A DNA stretch of 64,000 nucleotides from Camelus dromedarius. Lineage: Eukaryota. The DNA is taken from the NCBI RefSeq assembly GCF_036321535.1, contig NC_087437.1:40488001-40552000 (forward strand). The letters run 5' to 3'. Shown one piece after another: positions 54,301 to 64,000 of the stretch (the stretch's first letter is position 1; the number at the start of each line of letters is the position of its first letter). The position numbers and the translations under genes are program-made. The notes beneath the pieces are model-generated. The model did no database searches. It worked only from the letters and a program-made list of their open reading frames with translations, and had not been told where the DNA came from.

Positions 54301-55666
54301 TTCTTTTACATACTTTTTAGTGAAAGTATGAGATCATATATGTACTATTTTCTAATTCATTTTCCTAACTGAACAATATATTTTGGTCATTTTTCTATAT
54401 CTGTATCTTCATTTTTTAGCATAATATTTTATATATCTATACCATAATTTATTTAATCTATCCCCATGATTAAATGTTATTTTCTAAGTTCTCCTATAAA
54501 GAAAATCATAATGAACTTCCTGGTAAATAAATCTTCTTTCCTAAGGATGCAGAAGTAGAATTACTGGGTTGAAGGATATGCGTTTTTTAAAAGATCTGGA
54601 TTCATCTTTCTAAGTTATCTTCTAGCATGATTATACCATGTTTATTCATAGTATCTTCTTTAGACGTTGTGAAAGTGGATTATTACTGGTGGCTCATTGG
54701 TAGTAGAATTATTTAGCTAGTTCGTGTAAGTTTACAAATGGGTTTATAGTTAAGGAGGTGAGAATCTAATCTTAAGGAAAAGCAGAAGGCCAATAATTGT
54801 GAATATCATTTATCCAGGTTACTGTTGATATCCTTGAGTATTTTTAAGTGATGGAATGACTTGTATGAGTTCATAAATGTAGAAGAGGGACAGGCTTAGT
54901 GATTGTATTGCTATTTTAGGATGGCTGCTAAACACATTGAAAAATCCATGAGCTTATGTTTAAGGCAGCCTTACAATTGTAACTGCATAACTAATGCTGC
55001 TTCTCAAGCTTAACCTTTCTTGCTGGTATTCATTAAACTTGGGTCCAAAATTAATGAATAAGTTACATTTTAGTTTGAATTAGCATTGTTCCTGAGGTTA
55101 TTGGGAGTTATTTGGTAAGTCATTTTCTTGGAGTATTTCTTTTCCTTTTTGGGGTCACTGATACCTTTGAGAATCTTCAGAAAGATGGGAAACCCATAAA
55201 ATTTTACATATAATTTCAGGAGGTTTATAGACATCTTGAAGTCTATTTCTGGACATCAGCTAAATAACTGTATACTAAGACTCCTTTTGCCAAAGACTTA
55301 AAATGAGTATGTGGAGATCGAAGGAAGAATAGGTGGTTACAGGAGAAATAAATCAGAGTATACAGGAATTTAATTTGATTTCTAATTGATGATCTGAAAT
55401 TAGTTTTGGATTTCTTCTGTGATCTGTAAAATGACTAATATTACCTAATTCATAGAAATATTCCCATATATTCATATATTCATTTATTCATATAATAAAT
55501 TAAATGTTAATTTTTATACAGTAATATAATTTAACAAGTTATATTCTTTCAAATTTAAGTTTTAATATGCTGTGTCTCATCAAAATAATGTTGTTTCTGG
55601 ATTTACAGTGGTATTGGGATTTAAAAAGAATTCACTAAGTTAATGTATCTTTGGAAATGTTTGCAG

Positions 55667-55721
55667 GAACCAATGATGCCCATGGACCAGTCATCCATGC
55701 ATTCAGACCATGCACAGACAG
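55667..55721 (+). CDS. PRKCI: PRKCI exon 7 (hinge)
   Basis: tttgcag|GAA; EPMMPMDQSSMHSDHAQT; G|gtaagg. Confidence 0.95.
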
Positions 55722-56809
55722 GTAAGGATGTTACTGGCACAAACCACTGCTCATTAACAAAGTATCATTTAAAGACTTCTTTATGTGAATCTTTGACCTA
55801 AGTTTAAAAACACTGATATTCTTCTGAAATAAAAGCTAAGTAACCATATTTCATCGTGTTAACAGCAGAGTCACAATATATAACATATACATCCGGCACT
55901 TTATAAAGTAAAGACAACTAAGTAAACTACAACAAATGACTGTTTTCTTTCATTCAGATAAATTTCTTTTGAGACCCCTTTATATTCAGTAAACCTATTT
56001 TTTTTCAACAATGAAAACATGTACTGATTTTGTGGGTCATGTTGACTATATTCAAGTGACCTATTTTTATTAAAAGCTCTATTATGAAATATAGAAATTA
56101 TGTAAAACTAAAGAGATGCTGCACAGAAAATTCAAAAAAGATCATGAGTTCAAATGTCTCATAGATACAAAACCTTAAATATGTATCTGGGAAATTTGGA
56201 GAGCAATTAAATGGGACAGAGCAGTCTGATCTGGAGTGAATCAAGAAAAAGAAAGCAAAGGAGTTTTTCTGGAAGGACAGAATGCAGTATATTATTCATG
56301 GAAGAAGCTGGTTAAAAGAAATGAAGGCTTTATAGTCCAGTCTTTGTCAGTTCTTTACCTGACCTGTGTGCATGGTACATTCTGAATCAGGAACATTTTG
56401 AGTATGAAGGAAGTGAGGAGTGAAAACTGGAGACCTTTTGTCTCTAGGCCTCAGTCATACTAAAACAATTAAATAAGGTATATGGAGTCACCTTTTTTAG
56501 AAGGAATTGATTAATTTGTAAGGAAGGGAAGTATTTTTAAAATAGCAGAAATATTTGTTAAAATCAGTACTTGGCTGTTGATTGGTTCCTGCTGTCTTTA
56601 CCCTCATTAAAAATTAAGATTTAACTCATATTTACATATAATTTTTTGTTAATAGGACAGATATTCAATTGTAAATGATGAACACTTATTCAGAAATAAA
56701 AACTAAGGAAAGTCAGATCAGGAGAAATTTTTAAGTCAAACTGAGTTAATGGATACTTTGTTTTTCTCTCTCTCTCTCTTTTTTTTTTTGTTTGGGATTG
56801 GGTTTTTAG

Positions 56810-56868
56810 TAATTCCATATAATCCTGCAAGTCATGAGAGTTTGGACCAAGTTGGTGAAGAAAAGGAG
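56810..56868 (+). CDS. PRKCI: PRKCI exon 8 (hinge)
   Basis: tttttag|TA ATT; IPYNPASHESLDQVGEEKE; |gtaaga. Confidence 0.95.
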
Positions 56869-57272
56869 GTAAGATAATTAGTTTTATGGTACATTATGTC
56901 ATCAGCTTTTTAATAATAGCTAGACAGTTTAAAAATGTGACAGACTGACTTGCTTAGATTTTTAAATGATCATGGTGGTAAGATGCAGGGATGATTTTTG
57001 ATGATTCTAGATTTTTATTCTGATTTAATCCAATGATTACTAATTTCATTTAAATTAAGAAATGATCTGGTGTGATAGCTTATTTTCACTTTAAGATAGC
57101 ATAATCTAAAAACTATAAATGTATTTAAGAATGGTGTTTAGAATACTTGATAGTATTGTTTAAAATATATTATAGATCCTTCCATTTTGTGGTCTGGTTA
57201 TTTATCTGTATTCCTAGTAAGCTAAGATTTTTGTCTTCATCATGAAAAGATGTTCAATTTTATTAAAAACAT

Positions 57273-57367
57273 ACTCTTCTTTTTTTAATGGAGTTACTGG
57301 GGATCGAACCCAGGGCCTCACACATGCTAACCACATACTCTACCACTGAGCACACACCCCTCCTCCC
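57273..57367 (-). mobile_element. tRNA-Ala-derived SINE
   Basis: aatggagttactggggatcgaacccagggcctcacacatgctaacc...ctctaccactgagc. Confidence 0.85.
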
Positions 57368-57525
57368 TTTTTTTAAATTCTTTTTTTTTTAATAGAGGTA
57401 CAAAAAGAATATGAAAAATAAGGTATATACTTATATGTGTAACTGAATCACTATGCTGAACACCAGAAACTAATACATTGTAAATCATCTATACTTCAAT
57501 TTTTAAAAATGAGAAAAAAAGACAT

Positions 57526-59750
57526 TTTATAGCATTTATGGAGTTGATCATGTGTAAATTTCGTTAATTTTCAAATGTTAAGCCTATTTTCCATTTCTGA
57601 AATAAATTTAATGTGTCATGATGTATTACTCTCTTTATATATTGATGAATCTGATTGCCAATATTTAGGTTTTAAAAAAAATTATTAATGAGAGTCATTG
57701 GCCTGTAAATCCCTTTTTGTATTGGATTGTTTAGTTTTGGTGTCAAGATAATACTGGACCCATAAAATGATTTTGGGATTTTTTTCTATTTCCAAGGTAG
57801 AATCTTATAAGATTAGCATTATTTATCGCTTATATTTTAGAAAGAATTTGTCAGAAAAGCACTCTTGGCCTGGGGTTTTCTTTGTGGGAAGTATTTAATC
57901 CTAGATTCTATTTCTGAATAGATGTAGGACAGTTTAGCTTCTCTGTTTCTTGTTGTGTTTGTGTTATTCCTTGGAATTTGTTTAACCTAAATTTTCAGAT
58001 TTATTGACATAAAGATGTTAATTTCTGAGAATATGAAATTATATGCTTTTTTAATTCCTGATAAAAGTTCCTGTGCATTTTCTTTTTCTTCATCAGTCTT
58101 GCCAGGAGGGTATCAATTTATTAGTCTTTTTAAAGAACTTTTAGCTCTTTGTTGAATGCTTATTTTCTATTCTAGTACACAGATTTCTCCTCTTATTATT
58201 TCCTTTTTTTTTTTTTGTCAGTTTAAAATATATCTTAATCTCTATTATGGTTTCTTCTTTGATCCATATATTATTTAAAAGTATACTAATTGATTTTCCA
58301 ATACTTGGGAAATTTTTTTGTTAACTTCTAGCTTAATTCTGCTGTAAGTCAGAACGCATTCCATGTGATTTCAGTCCTTTGAATTTTGTTGAAATTTGCT
58401 TGAAGACTGAACACATAGGCATTGGTAAATGTTCCATATGTATTTTTAGATGCAGTATGTTCTATAGTTGTTGGGTGTGGTAACTGTACATGTCAATTAG
58501 GTCAAGATTATTAACAATTTTATTCAGTCTTCTGTTACCTCACTGACTGCTTGTTTTTTCTGTACCAAAAGGTTTCTGAGTTTACCTTCTCTTTTTAGTT
58601 TTGTTAGTTTTTGCTTTATATATTTTGAGGCTATGTTATTAAGTATTCTTATGAGTCTATGATTCAGAATCATAAAATCTTCTATTGGGTTAGCCCTTTT
58701 TCATGAAGAAATTTCTCTCTGTAGAAATGCTTCTTGTCTTAAAGTCTGCTTACCAAATTACCTTAATATATAGTGTCTTGAAACAAAATGTATTATGTTA
58801 CAATTTCTATGGGTTAGAAGCCCAAGTGTGACTTATCTAGGTCCTTGTCTCAGAGTCCATTCCACACTGCAGTCAGTGTGCTGGCAGACTGCAGTCATCC
58901 CAAGGCTTGGCTGGGGAAGGAACTGCTTTCACACTCACCTCACTGTTGGCAGGTTTCGGTACCTTGCCACAGGGCCTTCGGGCAGCTCACAGCAAGGTAG
59001 CTTGCTTCATCAGAGAAAGCAAGCAAGCAGTGAGATCCAGAGAAAATAAATGCTAGCAAGACTGAACACACAGTTTTTTGTAATCTAATCTCAGAAGTGA
59101 CATTCCGTCAATTTTTGTCACATATTTTTCATCAGAAGCAAGTCACTAGGTCCAGCCCACACACAAGGGGAGGGGACTTTGCAAGTGCATGAATACTAGG
59201 ACATGGGGATCACTGGTGCTCTTTAGAAGCAGCCACCACTGTAGGCTACAACTACTTTGTCTCATATTAGTTTAGCTGCAACTCTCTTTTGGTTAGTGAT
59301 TCTATTCTATTACTGGTTGTTCTAGAGATTGCATCTTATACTCTTAACTTACTTAAATTCAGCATGAATTATTAATATTTTTTTACCATTTCCCAGAATA
59401 TGCAAGGACCTTAGAACAATTTAAATTTATTCATGCTTCCTTCCTGCCTTTAGTGCTATTTCTGTCATATTTTAAATATTTGTGTGTGTGTGTGTATTAG
59501 TGTTTTTAAGTAGTCAATAGTTTTAAATGTGGATAAATCTTATTTAGGTTTATCCATATTTTATTCTTTTTGTTCAGTACTTATTCCTGCATCTTCTATA
59601 TGAGGTCTTCTTTCTTCTCGAAGAACTCTATTTGCTTTAATGAATGCCTGCTAATGATAGATTTCCTTAGTTTTTGTTTGTCTGAAAATGTTTTTATTCC
59701 ACTTTCATTTTGAAGGCTATTTTTTCGGGGTATAGAATTGTAGGTCAGCA
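57526..59750 (-). mobile_element. Old L1 antisense fragments with a nested MLT1-like LTR (~58745-59240)
   Basis: ttttggtgtcaagat...ggcctggggttttctttgtgggaag; MLT1-type ttacaatttctatgggttagaag...agaagcaagtcactaggtccagcccacac...gggatcact. Confidence 0.65.
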
Positions 59751-60809
59751 GGCCTTTTTTCCAGGCCCTGTGAAGTTGCTGTGCATTTCTTCCATTTGAT
59801 TCTTTTTTATCATTTTCACTCAGCTGTACTTAAGTCTGTACATTGCTTTACCTTCTTACCATTCTCTGCTTTCTTAATCTGCTCTAATCCAGTTTCTTTC
59901 ACTCCTTTTAATTTATCCTTGTTACCAAATCAGATTATTATTTTTAAATTTTAATGTGTTGAGCTTTCTTTTGAATTGTCATTCTCCTTCAGTTTTCATA
60001 ATACCTTTTTTTTTTCTGTTTTGTGCTTAGTAGTTTATCTTTCTCAAAATTTGCTCTTTGTTTTTCTTGATACTCTTCACTTCAGAAAATTCATACTTAA
60101 TTCTCACGGGTACATCTGTTGGTTGTGTGCTGAGAATTTTGCAGGTATCTAATAAAAGATTGTCTTGAGCCTTCTCTGTAAATTATCAGAGGCCTGAGTT
60201 TCTAGTTGTTAATGAATTGTAAGGCTGCCTTTGTCATTCCAAAGGAGACTTGGTGTTGTATTAAAAAAAGAATGTTTTCCATTAGCTGAACTGCCTCATG
60301 CCTGTTTTCTGCCTGTAGCTTGTGGAAATGTCTCTGAAAGTGTCCTCTCATTAACTCAGATTTCATACATCAAGCTTTCAGCAGACTTTCCTCTTGATGT
60401 CCCCTTATAACTTCTAACTTCAGCGTGAAAAACCAAGCTCAGTATCTCATCAACTCTGTCAGTCTGATCCTGTGCTCACACTTTATTTTTCTGGCAGTGA
60501 TACCTCCAATCTCCTAGTCACCAAAGTTAGTCTCTTTTTTTTAATTAATGCATCTCCATTGCCTCCAGCATTTCTTAGATTTCAGCTCCCTCTCCATTCT
60601 TAACACCACCCTGCTGACCCCAACTCATGAATTCATCCTACCTCTTGAATAGTTAGATTGTGTTGTTTGGAATGATGTAAGAAAATAATTAAGAACTTAA
60701 GTCAGAAAATATTAAAAGTATTATAGGTATAGTTATAGCTCAGTGTTAGAAATATATTGTATTATGCAAAATATTTCAAGTGTAACGCTGATATGATTGT
60801 TCTCAACAG

Positions 60810-60986
60810 GCAATGAACACCAGGGAAAGTGGCAAAGCTTCATCCAGTTTAGGTCTTCAGGATTTTGATTTGCTCCGGGTAATAGGAAGAGGAAGTTATG
60901 CCAAAGTACTGTTGGTGCGGTTAAAAAAAACAGATCGTATTTATGCAATGAAGGTGGTGAAAAAAGAACTTGTCAATGATGATGAG
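60810..60986 (+). CDS. PRKCI: PRKCI exon 9 (kinase Gly-rich loop, catalytic Lys)
   Basis: caacag|[65 protein letters not shown]; |gtaaag. Confidence 0.98.
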
Positions 60987-61421
60987 GTAAAGACAGTGAT
61001 GTTTGTGTTTACTGTTAAGTTGGCTCAAGTATACTATTTCAGAAGAAAACCCAGTGTTTGTGCCTTATTATTTCAGTCTTTTCTAAATATAGGCTTCAAA
61101 CATATTATGTAAGGTATATTTAAAGTTATCTGATGATTATTAGATTTTTTAAAAAATAAAAATCAAATCATATTATTATCAAGGGAAAGTACTTGAACTT
61201 TGTAAAAGTTTTCTAGACTGTTTCATAATATTGAAAGATTTACTGGTAGTGTTTTTCTCTTTATATGTAAATTATTATTTCATGATTATCAATGCTTTTG
61301 ATATTTAGCCTAATTAGTTAATAATTGTGTTCGTGGTAATGGAATTGCTAAGAACATATTTATCATAGTTTTGATGATATCATTTCAGTTTGACACAGAT
61401 TTCTTTGACATTTTAAAATAG

Positions 61422-61519
61422 GATATTGACTGGGTGCAGACAGAGAAGCATGTCTTTGAGCAGGCGTCCAATCATCCTTTCCTTGTTGGGCTGCATTCTT
61501 GCTTCCAGACCGAAAGCAG
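61422..61519 (+). CDS. PRKCI: PRKCI exon 10
   Basis: aaaatag|[37 protein letters not shown]|gtaaga. Confidence 0.97.
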
Positions 61520-62071
61520 GTAAGACTGAAACATAATGGAATGATTACTGGGCTTTACACATTTTGATATATTACACAATAAGAACCCTTTCTATGGTCA
61601 TTCCTGAAGTGGAAGTCACATGGAAACAGACACAACAGTACTGTGCTCATGATTTCTTGCTACTCATACTCTAATCAGTGATATCAACTTGACATTGAGA
61701 TCAGCAGTAGGAAATTACTGCTTTAGGCCAAAAAAAAAAGCAAAAGGCCAGGTTATATCTCTAAGATTCTAGTTTTAGGATTCGAAAGTTTCCTAGAGTT
61801 TAATAGGGGGATAAATCCTTAATTCTTTTACCTTAAGTGACAGTTGAAAATGACTTATCTTGTACAGGCTAAAACTGGGGTGGGAGTGAGAGCTCTGGAT
61901 CACAAGTGATACTGCTTTAGAATAGGAGAATTGCTATCATTCTGGTTTACTTTCTGTGATTAAACAGCCTTTTACTCCAGTACCCTTTGTTTCCACCAAA
62001 TTCCTGGAATTTTTGTTAAGGGTGAATCATGTAGAATGCTTTCTGTGTCCTCAGTGGTTTCCACAGTGTTT

Positions 62072-62209
62072 TTTTGTTTTGGTTTGGTTTTCTTTTTTTG
62101 GAGGGAGGATAATTAGGTTTATTTATTTTTAGAGGAGGTACTGGGGATGGAACCCAGGACCTTGAGCATGCTAGGCATGCGCTCTTCTACTTGAGCTATA
62201 CCCTCCCCC
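62072..62209 (-). mobile_element. tRNA-Ala-derived SINE in intron 10
   Basis: tRNA head plus tail; TSD TTCCACAG(T/C)GTTT at 62059-62071 and 62210-62222. Confidence 0.92.
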
Positions 62210-62288
62210 TTCCACAGCGTTTAAAATGCAGTTACACCGCCTTATTCTGAATCTTGGTTTCACATGTTCTCTCTCTCCTGTGTTTTAG

Positions 62289-62375
62289 ATTGTTCTTTGT
62301 CATAGAGTATGTTAATGGAGGCGATCTAATGTTTCATATGCAGCGACAGAGAAAACTTCCTGAAGAACATGCCAG
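62289..62375 (+). CDS. PRKCI: PRKCI exon 11
   Basis: ttttag|[34 protein letters not shown]|gttagt. Confidence 0.97.
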
Positions 62376-64000
62376 GTTAGTTTCCTGTTTATTGTTTGCT
62401 CGATTTGGATTTTGCAAGGGAGAGCTGTGGGACTTTTTATATGCCAGTGAAACAGTAGGTAAATCATTGATTTTGATACTAGTTAATTCTTTATGTCATG
62501 TAGAGACTAAGCTAAAAGTTAATTTATATTATAATATATATAATATGTTATATATATAATAATTGTAAGCAATTAAAAAGTGTAAACAGTATCAAAGGAG
62601 AAACCTTTAATCTACTGAACTCAGTTGCTTTCAAATATTTTGTCTATTCAGCATCAGCCACTGAAAGAATTGATGAATTTATAAACACTTTACTAATCTC
62701 CTCAAGTTTGCAGTGATCTCTGGCAATACTTATTAGAAGATTATATTTCATATATACTTGAGAGTAATAAAACAATTCCTCTCAAGCTATTATGTAATTC
62801 TGATTGTTCTTCCATAATTATAATCTCTAAATTGTTTTGCCTTTGACTTTTCCCCTTATGATCCCATGTGCTGATTAATAAGAGAAAAGTGTGTTAAATA
62901 TCATTTGTTTGTTTAGTGCTCTTAAGATATTATGCAAGATTGTATATTGTTTATATAAATGTTGGAGGAGTTAGGTGGCTAGGCACCATGGTCTTGGTTA
63001 TGAAGTTTAATCCATCAGTGCCATGCTTTGCTGTTTTTCACTCATAATTAGCAGTAATTCTACCCTTTTGCCCTTTACAAGAGTAATGCCAAAAAGAAGC
63101 ATAGGAGTTTGTATAGGTATGTAACAAAGGTTAGATATTGATTTTAAAAAATAACTTATTTAGTGGAAATCTTGCTATTCATTGATATTTCTTGTCAAAA
63201 AGAGATAATATCCTTCAACTTCATAAGAAGATATAAAGTGTATTAATCTAATCTCAAGGCCAAACTCTTTGTTTTTTACTGTATGTTCATTATTTATTTA
63301 GGCTTTATCAAATGCTTACCCTTCATAGCAAAGCCACAGATGATATTTTAAATTGTGAATATAGCCAGTATTTCTTCCTTGTTTGTTCAGTTGGACTTGG
63401 GGGAAGTAACCTAGTTTTTACTGTATTAAAGTGCCCATTCTGGTTTTATACCATTTTCACTTTTCTAGGAACCAAAGTGCGGGATAAGGGCTCAAATTCC
63501 CTCTTCATAGAATTAAGTAGCTAGAAGGTGTGTATTACATACCTCCAAGCATGATCGTGATAGTATTCACCAAAGCAGCTATAAATCAGCTTGGGTGTTT
63601 CATTTTCATTGTTCAGGTCAGAAGTTCTGCTTATCACCAACGAGTTGGTGGCAGTTTTGAAAAGTTCTTTAATATTAAATGTTACTATTGTAGAATAATT
63701 TCTTCCCATTCCTTTTCTAGAAGTTTAGTATAGATTTTATGGTTTGAGGGGTCAACTCTCCATACTCTTTTATTTTAGACCAGCCAATGATTCTTAGCAT
63801 TTGGGGAGATCATTTGTCCCTTAGAGAAGTGATGTAAGCTGTGGAAACAATTGGAGAAGTACACGTACATACAACTTTGCATCCAGTTGTAGGAATATGG
63901 ACTTTCTGAAGTCTATCCAAGGACCCAGATTAAGAACCTCTGCTTGAGACGTTCAAATTAAACATTAAACTTTACAAAAAGTATGAGTTTAATTTAGACT

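Noticed and set aside
62376..64000. PRKCI exon 12 (FYSAEISLAL...)
   Set aside because: Not found in the remaining sequence; it should lie beyond the window end.

Overview
Mammalian, non-prokaryotic genomic DNA, most likely camelid: five tRNA-Ala(AGC)-derived SINEs resemble the camelid Vic-1 family (recalled, not searched). The window holds about 17 kb of repeat-rich upstream sequence, the CpG-island promoter and coding exons 1-11 of PRKCI (atypical protein kinase C iota) on the + strand. All splice sites are GT-AG and the joined frame is open for 1067 nt, covering the PB1, pseudosubstrate and C1 regions and the kinase N-lobe; the gene continues beyond the window. The introns record several L1-type retroposition events of non-L1 RNAs. 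(1) An antisense processed copy of an endogenous-retrovirus mRNA (R-U5-internal-PPT-U3-R-polyA, ~14-bp TSD) at 29.2-30.7 kb. (2) A 34-nt tailless U3 snoRNA 5' fragment with a perfect 16-bp TSD at 52.4 kb. (3) An apparently internally deleted HNRNPA3 retropseudogene at 31.8-32.8 kb. Solo LTRs with 4-bp TSDs, an L1 with an inverted 85-bp duplication, and many old L1/L2/MIR/DNA-transposon fossils are also present. Repeat-family names come from remembered consensus sequences and need RepeatMasker/Dfam confirmation; boundaries of old repeats are approximate.
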